Of a DNA stretch of 64,000 nt, positions 39,149 through 50,290 are shown piece after piece. The position numbers and the translations under genes are program-made. Origin of the DNA: Myxococcota bacterium (GTDB lineage: Bacteria; Myxococcota_A; UBA796; CAJQPC01); NCBI GenBank assembly GCA_036012755.1, contig DASCPX010000091.1, forward strand, positions 1-64,000, written 5' to 3'. A model generated the notes under the pieces. It was not told the origin of the DNA. It did no database searches and was given only the letters and a program-made list of their open reading frames with translations. Each line of letters starts with the position of its first letter. The stretch's first letter is position 1.

Positions 39149-39541
39149 GTGGACGCCTCCGGCGGGGGACGGATCGTAGGCGGCGCCGTGGCGCTGCTCG
39201 TCATGGCGGTGTTGCTGGTTCAGGTCGGCCGCCAGCTGGAGCACTCCGAGCAGGCGGAGGCGGAGCTCGTGCCGACGGTCACGGCAGGAGCAGGCAAGCC
39301 GCTCAGCGTTCGTGCCACCGCGCCGGTGCACGTGCGCGTCGTCCTCGACGGCGTGGAGACGGTGGATGGCACCCTCTGCCGCGAGCTGGAGTGTCGACTC
39401 GACGTAGAGGCCGCTGGCGAGATCGTCGTAGAGCTCGGCGACCTGTCCCGGGCCACGGTGATATACAACGGCAGCCGCGTCGCGCCCCTCGGAAACCTCA
39501 GCACGGCGCGCCGACTGGTGTTCGTGGACGACGCCGACTGA
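39149..39541 (+). CDS. RodZ-like protein: TM helix plus DUF4115-like C-terminal domain, no HTH
   Basis: LSVRATAPVHVRVVLDG...VELGD...VIYNG..V.PLG; sits at the rodZ position. Confidence 0.6.
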   Translation: MDASGGGRIVGGAVALLVMAVLLVQVGRQLEHSEQAEAELVPTVTAGAGKPLSVRATAPVHVRVVLDGVETVDGTLCRELECRLDVEAAGEIVVELGDLSRATVIYNGSRVAPLGNLSTARRLVFVDDAD

Positions 39542-39553
39542 GGAGGCGACGAG

Positions 39554-40903
39554 ATGGCCGAGAACCTCGTCCACGCTCGGGTCGAAGCCATCCGGCGGCT
39601 CACTCGCCGCAAGGCCACCCGTCCGCTCGAGCGCGCGCTCCAGAAGTCCTCTGCCGACGACATCGCAGAGGCCATCACCCACCTGACGCGCTCCGAGACC
39701 CGCTTCTTGATGGTCCACATCGGAGACGACCAGGCTGGAGAGGTCCTGCTCACGGTCGGCGAGGTCGACTTCAACCAGCTCATCGAGGCGGCGCCGATCG
39801 ACCGCGTCCTGGCCTGGGTCGCCGAGCTCGATCCGGACGACGAGGCCGACTTCATCGCCCGGCTGCCAGAGGATCTGCGAGAGAAGGTCCTCGAGCGCCT
39901 CGCCCCAGAAGAGCGGGAGCAGGCCGAGGGGCTGATGGCCTGGCCGGAGGACTCGGCTGGCGGGATCATGTCGCCGGTCGCCTTCCTGATGCAGGACGAC
40001 ACCACCTGCCGTGACGCGATCCTGGCGATCCAGGAGCAGGGCGACGTGGAGATGGTGTTCTACCTCTACGTCGTGAGCGAGCAGGGCCAGCTCGTCGGCG
40101 TCACCTCCCTGCGCCAGCTCCTGCTGAACTCCCCGTCGACTCCGCTCTCGGACATCATGACGCCGGACGTCATTTCGGTGCTCCCGGAAGAGGACCAGGA
40201 AGAGGTCGCGCGCATCGCCAGCCGCTACGACCTGCTCGCAGTTCCGGTCTGCGACGACACCAACCACTTCCTCGGCATCGTCACGATCGACGACGTCCTC
40301 GATGTCCTCCAGGAGGAGGCCGCAGAGGACCTCCTGAAGATGGCGGGTGTGGGCGAGGAGTACGACCCCACGGGCGCGAGCACCCTCAGGGCGTCCATGC
40401 AGCGCCTCACCTGGCTCGTGGTCACGCTCGTCGGGGGTGTGCTCTTGTCAGAGGTCATCGGTGGCTTCCGCACCACCCTGTCCGAGCACGTCATGCTGGC
40501 CTTCTTCGTGCCGGTCATCATGGCGCTGGGCGGCGGCGTCGGCATCCAGGCCGCGACCATCACCGTGCGCAACCTCGCCACCGGCCATGTCGCCGTGGGC
40601 GCAGGCAGCCTCTCCCTGATCTGGAGAGAGGCCCGGGTCGGGATCCTCATGGGCACTGTGCTCGGTGCGGCGCTGTCCGCCTACGGCTGGTTCCGGTACG
40701 GCGAGCCGGCCTTCGCCCTGGTCGTGGGCTCGTCCATCCTGAGCACGGTGCTCCTGGCAGCCACCGTCGGGACGATGATCCCGCTGGCGCTCGAAAAGGC
40801 GGGAGCTGATCCGGCCGTCGCGACGGGCCCCTTCGTGACCATCCTCATCGACGCCATCGCCATCGTGCTCTACATGACGCTGGCGACTCTCCTGATGCTC
40901 TGA
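39554..40903 (+). CDS. mgtE: magnesium transporter
   Basis: EDSAGGIM, CBS pair, GIVTIDD, EEAAED, RLTWL, ADPAVATGPFVT..D. Confidence 0.95.
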   Translation: MAENLVHARVEAIRRLTRRKATRPLERALQKSSADDIAEAITHLTRSETRFLMVHIGDDQAGEVLLTVGEVDFNQLIEAAPIDRVLAWVAELDPDDEADFIARLPEDLREKVLERLAPEEREQAEGLMAWPEDSAGGIMSPVAFLMQDDTTCRDAILAIQEQGDVEMVFYLYVVSEQGQLVGVTSLRQLLLNSPSTPLSDIMTPDVISVLPEEDQEEVARIASRYDLLAVPVCDDTNHFLGIVTIDDVLDVLQEEAAEDLLKMAGVGEEYDPTGASTLRASMQRLTWLVVTLVGGVLLSEVIGGFRTTLSEHVMLAFFVPVIMALGGGVGIQAATITVRNLATGHVAVGAGSLSLIWREARVGILMGTVLGAALSAYGWFRYGEPAFALVVGSSILSTVLLAATVGTMIPLALEKAGADPAVATGPFVTILIDAIAIVLYMTLATLLML

Positions 40904-40907
40904 GGAC

Positions 40908-41633
40908 ATGCGAGGCGGCAGCGAGGTCCTCGGCATCGTCGTCGGTCACGTCGACTACGGCGAGGCCGATCGCATCGTGCACCTCCTCACCCCCGAGCAG
41001 GGCCGGGTCGCGGCGATGGCCCGCGGGGCCCGAAAGAGCAGGAAGCGCTTCGGCGGAGCGCTGGATCTCGGCAACCGGATCCGGACCCACATCTCCCGCG
41101 GCAAGGGCGAGCTCTGGCGCCTCGCCGGGGCCACGCTGGATCACGGACGGCCTCACGTGCGCCGGGACCTGGAGCGCATCGCCCTGTTGGCCTATGCCTG
41201 CGAGCTCGTCGGTCTGCTCTGCCCCAGGGAGCAGCCCGCGCCGGTCTTCTTTGGCTTGCTGGACACCGCGCTGTTGGTCCTCGACGCGTGCAGCGAGCCC
41301 CCCAAGACGAGCTGGAGGCCAGCGCTGGAGGCCAAGGCGCTCACCTTCGCGGGCTTCGCCCCCCGGCTGGAGCGCTGTGACGTCTGCGGGCTCGTGGCCG
41401 ACGACGACATCGTGTTCTCCGCGAGCAACGGCGGGGTCCGCCACGCGGTCTGTGGGGGAGGGGCCCCGATGAGCGTCGGCTTCGCCAGGGCGCTGGAGTC
41501 CGCGCGGCGAACCCCCCTGTCCGAGCTGGTGGACACCGACCTCCCGGAGGGCGACGCCTGGTGTTTGAACGAGCTGCTCGTCTGGCACACGGGCCGTGGG
41601 CTCAAGTCCCGTTCCCTCCTCGAGGGGATATGA
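40908..41633 (+). CDS. recO: DNA repair protein RecO
   Basis: YGEADRIVHLLT..G, ARGARKSRKRFG, GFAPRLERCDVCG. Confidence 0.9.
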   Translation: MRGGSEVLGIVVGHVDYGEADRIVHLLTPEQGRVAAMARGARKSRKRFGGALDLGNRIRTHISRGKGELWRLAGATLDHGRPHVRRDLERIALLAYACELVGLLCPREQPAPVFFGLLDTALLVLDACSEPPKTSWRPALEAKALTFAGFAPRLERCDVCGLVADDDIVFSASNGGVRHAVCGGGAPMSVGFARALESARRTPLSELVDTDLPEGDAWCLNELLVWHTGRGLKSRSLLEGI

Positions 41634-41640
41634 CAGCGCC

Positions 41641-42009
41641 ATGCCGGTCATCCACGTTCGCGCGCTGAGCCCCTCTGACGAGAGCGTGCGCGCCCTGATG
41701 CAGGCGCTCCCGCTGGCGGTCGCCCATGCGACTGGCATCCGGACCGAGCGCATCTGGGCCACCTTCACCCCGCTGAGACCTGGCGCATCCAGTGTCGCTG
41801 GTCGCCTGGTAGAGAGCCCCGCCGATGGCCCCATCGCCTACGTCGACGCTCACGTCCAGCCCCGCACCCCCTTCGTCGTCGAGGCCCTGATCGAGGCCGC
41901 CGCGCGCTGCGTCGCCGAGCACCTCGAGCTCCCGGTCGAGGACGTCTGGGCGCGGGCATGGCCCATCGAGCCTGGCACCGTGTTCGCAGGCGGCGACATC
42001 CAGCGCTAA
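41641..42009 (+). CDS. tautomerase-superfamily-like protein
   Basis: Begins M-P-V-I-H-V (Pro1 after Met removal); two beta-alpha-beta units ending ERIW and EDVW; GAGGGG RBS. Confidence 0.55.
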   Translation: MPVIHVRALSPSDESVRALMQALPLAVAHATGIRTERIWATFTPLRPGASSVAGRLVESPADGPIAYVDAHVQPRTPFVVEALIEAAARCVAEHLELPVEDVWARAWPIEPGTVFAGGDIQR

Positions 42010-42019
42010 GGTTCAGCCC

Positions 42020-42700
42020 GTGCTGCTCCTCGCCTGCTATGTCGTCACACCGGAGCCCAGCTCCGAGGTCACCGTCCAGGGCTGGGTCTACGACTCGCCG
42101 CTGGCGGGCGAGGGCGAGGTCATCTCGACCGGCTCGGTCACCTACCTCGACAACAACCTCGTCGAGCTGACCGAGGCCGAGCAGCCTTTTCCGAGCTACC
42201 CGGGCTACTGGCGCGCAACCATCCCCGCGGACGAGGAGTACAACCTCGTGATCGACGGCGGCGAGGGATACCACCCGGCGATCTGGCGCGGGCGGGCGCC
42301 GACGGGCGATGCCCAGAGCTTCCCGGTGTTCGGCTTCCGATCGGAGCAGGTCGACACCTTCTTCGAGGACCTCGAGGCCGTGACCGGCGTCGACGTCCAC
42401 GTCGGGACCGAGGATCTCGTGCACGTCTGGGGCAGCCCCAACGATCCGGAGTCCGTCTCCGGCGACGAGATCGGGGTCTACGCCAACGGCGGCGCCGGGG
42501 GCGTGCTGGCTTTCGCCGTGAACGACGAGGGAGTGCTGGAACAGACGGTCGATTCGCCGGTCCACTACTTCTTCGCCTTCAACCTGGAGCCCGGAGAGAT
42601 CGTCGTCGCCTTCGATCAGGACGGCGTGGTCACGGAGGAGGCCTACGCCACCGTCGGCGGCGACATCGTCGCCCCCTGGTACTTCGAGGGCACCCGATGA
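42020..42700 (+). CDS. hypothetical lipoprotein (carboxypeptidase-regulatory-like beta sandwich)
   Basis: MLLLAC; VTVQGWVYD; FFAFNLEPG. Confidence 0.7.
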   Translation: MLLLACYVVTPEPSSEVTVQGWVYDSPLAGEGEVISTGSVTYLDNNLVELTEAEQPFPSYPGYWRATIPADEEYNLVIDGGEGYHPAIWRGRAPTGDAQSFPVFGFRSEQVDTFFEDLEAVTGVDVHVGTEDLVHVWGSPNDPESVSGDEIGVYANGGAGGVLAFAVNDEGVLEQTVDSPVHYFFAFNLEPGEIVVAFDQDGVVTEEAYATVGGDIVAPWYFEGTR

Positions 42701-43407
42701 TCCTGCTGTTGGCCTGCAGCCAGGAGCCCGATCTCGTGACGCTCTCCGGAGTCGTCGCAGGGAGTCGCGAAGACGACGACGTCGGGGCGAGCGAGATCCT
42801 CGTCGAGACCCTGGGGCCCACCTATGAAGCGGTCGACGACGCGGCCACCGATGGCCGGGGCTACTTCGAGGTCCAGGTGATCGGCAGCACGCTGATGTAC
42901 GTGACCTTCTCTGGCGACGACTTCGCCGCGACCGGCTTCACCGGCGTGGTCGGGGCAGAGGACTATGCCGTCGACGACGGGATCCTCTTCATGAAGACCG
43001 ACGACGAGGTCGCGGCGCTCGACGCGCAGTACGCCGGCTGTCCGTACGTCGAGGAGGAAGGGGTCGGCCTCGTCGAGGGCGAGGTCCGCTACCACCTGCC
43101 CGGCTACGAGGTCGACGACGGCGAGTGGCCGCTGGCCGGCAATGCCTACGCCTGGCTCACCGACGAGGGAGGCACGACCTGGGATGCCTGCTACCTCGAC
43201 GGCGAGACCGGCCTCTACGATCCTGACGCCGAGGTCACGGGAGACACAGGTCGGATCGCCATCTTCGGCGCCTTCAGTGGCCCCGCGACGCTCACCGTGG
43301 GCTACGAGATCGAAGGCGAGCCCTACTACGCGACGGAGTATATGGTCCACGTTCCAGAGGGCGGAATAGCTCCGATCTACCCCGCGTACGTACCGCTTCC
43401 TGGGTGA
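42697..43407 (+). CDS. hypothetical lipoprotein, probable paralogue of the upstream gene
   Basis: MILLLAC; VTLSGVV; TDGRGYFEV; ATGA overlap. Confidence 0.7.
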   Translation: MILLLACSQEPDLVTLSGVVAGSREDDDVGASEILVETLGPTYEAVDDAATDGRGYFEVQVIGSTLMYVTFSGDDFAATGFTGVVGAEDYAVDDGILFMKTDDEVAALDAQYAGCPYVEEEGVGLVEGEVRYHLPGYEVDDGEWPLAGNAYAWLTDEGGTTWDACYLDGETGLYDPDAEVTGDTGRIAIFGAFSGPATLTVGYEIEGEPYYATEYMVHVPEGGIAPIYPAYVPLPG

Positions 43408-43413
43408 GCTTTG

Positions 43414-43442
43414 TTGCGCGGATCTCTCCAAGTCGGTAGCGT
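43414..43442 (+). promoter_or_regulatory. candidate sigma-70 promoter
   Basis: TTGCGC-N17-TAGCGT, 33 nt before ATG 43476; AAGGA RBS. Confidence 0.4.
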
Positions 43443-43475
43443 ACGCTTCCCATTCCACACAAGGACACTTCGACC

Positions 43476-43751
43476 ATGGGTCAGATCACCAAGCCCGACA
43501 CGAACCCCATCGTTCCCGCCCTCCTGAACTTCCTGCTGTTCGGCGGCGTCGGCTACCTGATGATGGGTCAGCAGAAGAAGGGCATCATCAGCATCGTCGC
43601 GACGCTGATCCTCGCCTGCGTCGGCATCGGCTTCATCATCCCGTTCATCACCGCATACGACGCCTACCTCCTGGGCCAGAAGCTCCAGAGCGGCGCCAGC
43701 ATCGGCGAGATGGAGAACGGCCTCGATTTCCTGAACGCGATCTTCAAGTAG
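43476..43751 (+). CDS. TM2-domain-like small membrane protein
   Basis: NPIVPALLNFLLFGGVGYLMMGQQKKGI...AYDAY; strong codon bias. Confidence 0.75.
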   Translation: MGQITKPDTNPIVPALLNFLLFGGVGYLMMGQQKKGIISIVATLILACVGIGFIIPFITAYDAYLLGQKLQSGASIGEMENGLDFLNAIFK

Positions 43752-43761
43752 GTCAGGCGGA

Positions 43762-44184
43762 TTGACCACCCACGCCAATCCAGAAGCGGCGTGGGCAGAG
43801 GGCAGGGCCTCCACTCCGGGGACCCTGCTCTTGCTCGTGGGCTTCTTGTCCATCGGGATGGCGGCGCTGAACATGCTCAACGGCCTGTTCGGCTTCGCCG
43901 ACGGGGTGATGGCCAGCTACACGCCGGACGAGGAGTTCGGCGCGGCGATGAGCGGCACGACAGCCGTCCTCGTCGGCGCGTTCAACCTCGTGTTCTCCTG
44001 CGTGATCGCCGCCGCGGGCTGGCGGATGCGCCACTTGGAGAGTCACACCCTGTGCATGGCCGGGGCGATCCTCGCAGCCGTGCCGTGCCTCTCGGGCTGC
44101 TCCTGCTGCCTCGTCACGATCCCGGTGGGGATCTGGTGTCTGCAGGTACTGCGTGACGACATGGTCCGCGCGCAGTTCCACTGA
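43762..44184 (+). CDS. small Cys-rich membrane protein
   Basis: Three to four TM segments; AILAAVPCLSGCSCCLVTIPVGIWCLQVL...VRAQF. Confidence 0.7.
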   Translation: MTTHANPEAAWAEGRASTPGTLLLLVGFLSIGMAALNMLNGLFGFADGVMASYTPDEEFGAAMSGTTAVLVGAFNLVFSCVIAAAGWRMRHLESHTLCMAGAILAAVPCLSGCSCCLVTIPVGIWCLQVLRDDMVRAQFH

Positions 44185-44218
44185 CCTCTGCAGGTGCCCC
44201 CCTGCGCCTACGCCGCAC

Positions 44219-44393
44219 CCCCCTCCGGCAGCAGCGCGCCCGACCTTTCTCCTCACGGGCGTGCAAGCACGCCGATTCCGGGGGTATCTCAGGGCCCAAG
44301 GATCCAAAGCGTCTCCTTGAGCGTCGAGAACCCCGGGGTTCTCTGTTGCCAAGGATACGTTTTGGCTCCTTGAGGCCGGAGGGGGCCGGCCTC
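44219..44393. ncRNA. unidentified structured non-coding element (terminal inverted repeats, nested palindromes)
   Basis: 11-bp perfect IR at 44219-44229/44375-44385; two CCAAGGAT-N9-CTCCTTGAG units; 18-bp perfect palindrome at 44326-44343. Confidence 0.5.
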
Positions 44394-44688
44394 AGAGCCA
44401 GCGGAGCATCGCGACCCTGTCCTCGCCCCGGGCGAGTTGCCAGGCGTCGAGGGCGCTGAGGACCTGGAAGACGAAGATCACCGGCGAGACGACCATCGCC
44501 ACCTGCTTCATCTCCATGCTCGTGGCGACGAGGTTCACGAGCTGGAGCGCGAGCACGATCCCGAAGGCGATGCCGAAGCTACGCCAGCGACCCAGGTAGG
44601 CGTAGCCGAGACCTCCGAAGAGGCAGGTCAGCTGGAGGATCGCCGCCAGGACAGGTCGCTTTCTTCGGGGCTCAGAGGTGGTCGACAT
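44392..44688 (-). CDS. TM2-domain-like small membrane protein
   Basis: KRPVLAAILQLTCLFGGLGYAYLGRW...SALDAW; resembles 43476..43751. Confidence 0.7.
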   Translation of the reverse strand: MSTTSEPRRKRPVLAAILQLTCLFGGLGYAYLGRWRSFGIAFGIVLALQLVNLVATSMEMKQVAMVVSPVIFVFQVLSALDAWQLARGEDRVAMLRWL

Positions 44689-44728
44689 GGGGTGGGTGCG
44701 CAGTTAGTGCCGCCGGGGCCTAGTCGCA

Positions 44729-45577
44729 ATGACCTTCCAGGAACTCATTCTCCGACTCCAGCGCTACTGGGGTGATCAGGGCTGCGCCGTGCTGCAGCCC
44801 CTCGACACGGAGGTCGGAGCCGGGACCTTTCATCCGGCGACCTTCCTGCGTTGCCTCGGGCCCGAGCCCTGGCGTGCCGTCTACGTGCAGCCTTGTCGCC
44901 GCCCGGCGGACGCCCGCTACGGCGAGAACCCCAACCGGCTCGGCCACTACTACCAGCTGCAGGTGCTCATCAAGCCCTCGCCCCAGAACATCCAGGACCT
45001 CTACCTGAGCAGCCTCGAGGCTATCGGCGTCGACCTGTCGCGCCACGACATCCGCTTCGTGCACGACGACTGGGAGTCACCGACCCTCGGCGCCTGGGGC
45101 CTCGGCTGGGAGGTCTGGCTCGATGGCATGGAGGTCACCCAGTACACCTACTTCCAGCAGTGCGGCGGGCACGAGCTCTCGCCGGTCTCCGTGGAGCTCA
45201 CCTACGGGCTCGAGCGCCTGGCCATGTACCTCCAGGACGTGGACGACGTCTACGACCTGACCTGGGTCGAGGGCATCTCGTACCGGGACGTCTTCCACCG
45301 GAACGAGGTCGAGCAGAGCGCCTACAACTTCGAGCACGCCGACATCGAGGCGCTCTTCGCGAGCTTCAACACCGCCTTCGCCGAGTGCAAGCGCCTCGTC
45401 GAGGTGGGTCTGGCGCTGCCTGCCTACGACCAGTGCTGCAAGTGCTCCCACCTGTTCAACATGCTCGACGCCCGCGGAGCGATCTCGGTCGCGGAGCGGG
45501 CTCAGTACATCAAGCGCATCCGGGATCTCGCCTGCGCCTGCGCGGACTGCTGGCTCGGAGAGGCACACCATGCCTGA
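44729..45577 (+). CDS. glyQ: glycine--tRNA ligase alpha subunit
   Basis: [50 protein letters not shown]. Confidence 0.98.
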   Translation: MTFQELILRLQRYWGDQGCAVLQPLDTEVGAGTFHPATFLRCLGPEPWRAVYVQPCRRPADARYGENPNRLGHYYQLQVLIKPSPQNIQDLYLSSLEAIGVDLSRHDIRFVHDDWESPTLGAWGLGWEVWLDGMEVTQYTYFQQCGGHELSPVSVELTYGLERLAMYLQDVDDVYDLTWVEGISYRDVFHRNEVEQSAYNFEHADIEALFASFNTAFAECKRLVEVGLALPAYDQCCKCSHLFNMLDARGAISVAERAQYIKRIRDLACACADCWLGEAHHA

Positions 45578-47597
45578 TCTGCTCGTAGAGGTTCGCTGCG
45601 AGGAGCTCCCCCACGAGATGGTCTCGCCTGCGCGAGATGCCCTCGCGGATGGTCTCGTCGCGCTGCTGTCCGGTATCGAGCACGGCGCGGTCCGGACCTG
45701 GTCGACGCCCCGCCGCATCGCCGTCGGCATCGAGGATGTCGCCACCGGGCGCCCGGTCGAGGACAAGCTCGTCACCGGACCTCCTGTCGCTGCCGCCAAG
45801 CGGGACGGCGAGTGGACCAGGGCTGCGCTCGGCTTCGCCAGAGGGCGCGGCGTGGATGTCGACGACCTCGTCATCGTCGAAGGTCCGAAGGGGCCCGTCG
45901 TGGGCGCCACGATCCGCGTGGGAGGCGAGCGGACCCTCGACCTCGTCGCTGCTGGCCTCGAGAAGCTGATCGTCGGGCTCCCGTTCAAGAAGAGCATGCG
46001 CTGGGGCGATGGCCCTACGCGCTGGGGCCGCCCGCTACACCAGGTCGTCGCCGTGTTCGATGGAAACCGAGTCCCCGCGACGGTGGCGGGGATCGCCACC
46101 AGCGACGTGGTCGTCGGGCACAGGCGCTGCACGCTGAGTCCGGGGCCGGTCAGGGACCTGGCCAGCTACCCGGAGTCGCTGGAGGCCCGGTGGGTCATCG
46201 CAGACCGGGGACGGCGGACGGAGCTCATCCGCGAGCTGCTCCTGGCCGCTGCCGCGGAGCACCAGGTCGAGGTCCCAATCGACGAGGTCCTGCTCGAAGA
46301 GGTCACGGACCTCGTCGAGTGGCCTGTGGTCGTCGTCGGCAGCTTCGACGCGGAGCTCCTGGACCTGCCGGGGCGCCTGCTCGTCGAGTCCATGAAGGTC
46401 CACCAGCGGACCTTCCCCACGATGAAGGACGGGCGCCTCCACAACCTCGTCCTCTGCGTCTCGAACAACCCCACCGGTGACGCGAAGCTCATCGCCCACG
46501 GCAACGCAAAGGTCCTTCGCGCCCGCTTCTACGACGCGAAGTTCTTCTTCGCCGAGGACAAGAAGCGGGGGCTGTCCGAGCTGGGGCAGGGGCTCTCCAA
46601 GATGCGCTGGGTCCGTGGCCTCGGCACGATGCTGGACAAGCAGGCGCGGCTGCGCCACTTCGCTGGAGAGCTGGCACCGCGTCTCGGCGCCAATCCCGCG
46701 CAGGCCCAGCGGGCCGCGCACCTCGCCAAGAACGACCTCGTCTCGCAGATGGTGGCGGAGTTCCCCAAGCTCCAGGGCCACATGGGGCGCCTCTACGCCC
46801 AGCACGAATCAGAGGACGATGTCGTCGCCCTGGCCATCGAGGAGCACTACCTTCCTCGCTTCGCCGGGGACGTGCTCCCGAGCACGGCGGAGGGCGCCGT
46901 CGTGGCCCTCGCCGATCGCCTGGACACCCTCGCGGGCTGCTTCAGCATCGGGCTGTTGCCCAAGAGCTCGGCCGACCCCCAGGGGCTGCGGCGGGCTGCC
47001 AACGGCGTCCTCGCGATCCTCCTGGATCGAGGTCTGCGGGTGGAGCTCGGTGACCTGCTCGAGCCCTTCTGTGTCCAGTATCCGGAGCTCGACGCCGCGA
47101 AGCTGGTCCAGTTCGTGCGCGGGCGACTTCGGGCCCAGCTCGTCGCCGACCACGCCACGGATCTCGTCGACGCCGTGCTCGAAGCTGGCGGAGAAGACGT
47201 CGTGCAGGTGGAGGCGCGGGTCCAGGCGCTGACGGCGCTGTCGGCCTCTGGCCAGTTCGGGTCCCTGATGACCGCCTTCAAGCGGGTGCTGAACATCTCG
47301 AAGGACCACACCGACTCGAGCTACCACCGCGGCGCCTTCATCCAGCCCGCGGAGCACGCCCTCGCCGACGCCTTCGAGGCCGCCGCAGAGGGCATACCCG
47401 CGCAGCTGGACTCCCTCGACATCGAGGGGGCCATCGACGCGATGATCGCAATGAAGCCGGCCATCGACGGCTACTTCGACAACGTCCTCGTCATGGCCGA
47501 GGACCACGAGCTGCGTACTGCGCGCCTCGGGCTGCTCCGAGCGATCTCGGGGCTGTTCCGATCCGTCGCGGACTTCCGGCTCATCCACACCGAGTAG
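45570..47597 (+). CDS. glyS: glycine--tRNA ligase beta subunit
   Basis: [48 protein letters not shown]. Confidence 0.96.
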   Translation: MPDLLVEVRCEELPHEMVSPARDALADGLVALLSGIEHGAVRTWSTPRRIAVGIEDVATGRPVEDKLVTGPPVAAAKRDGEWTRAALGFARGRGVDVDDLVIVEGPKGPVVGATIRVGGERTLDLVAAGLEKLIVGLPFKKSMRWGDGPTRWGRPLHQVVAVFDGNRVPATVAGIATSDVVVGHRRCTLSPGPVRDLASYPESLEARWVIADRGRRTELIRELLLAAAAEHQVEVPIDEVLLEEVTDLVEWPVVVVGSFDAELLDLPGRLLVESMKVHQRTFPTMKDGRLHNLVLCVSNNPTGDAKLIAHGNAKVLRARFYDAKFFFAEDKKRGLSELGQGLSKMRWVRGLGTMLDKQARLRHFAGELAPRLGANPAQAQRAAHLAKNDLVSQMVAEFPKLQGHMGRLYAQHESEDDVVALAIEEHYLPRFAGDVLPSTAEGAVVALADRLDTLAGCFSIGLLPKSSADPQGLRRAANGVLAILLDRGLRVELGDLLEPFCVQYPELDAAKLVQFVRGRLRAQLVADHATDLVDAVLEAGGEDVVQVEARVQALTALSASGQFGSLMTAFKRVLNISKDHTDSSYHRGAFIQPAEHALADAFEAAAEGIPAQLDSLDIEGAIDAMIAMKPAIDGYFDNVLVMAEDHELRTARLGLLRAISGLFRSVADFRLIHTE

Positions 47598-47600
47598 GGA

Positions 47601-50237
<2,637 letters not shown>

Positions 50238-50290
50238 GCTGATCGGATGGCCCCTTCACATGGTGCCGCCGCCTCTGCACTGCGATAGGG

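Noticed and set aside
44245..44300. TPP riboswitch (minus-strand CTGAGATACCC), glycine riboswitch (TCTCAGG) or RNase P (GAGGAGAAAGGTCGGGC) resemblance
   Set aside because: Only isolated fragments match; the other conserved elements are absent and there is no correctly oriented downstream gene
43753..44352. 199-aa minus-strand ORF starting inside the structured element, behind an AAGGAG
   Set aside because: Composition is that of an antisense shadow of 43762..44184, and the SD spacing is too long
44296..44374. Mini-CRISPR or TIGR-type array (constant flanks around 9-nt variable segments)
   Set aside because: Only two units; the variable 9-mers are complementary to each other; no cas or Nop-domain gene in the window
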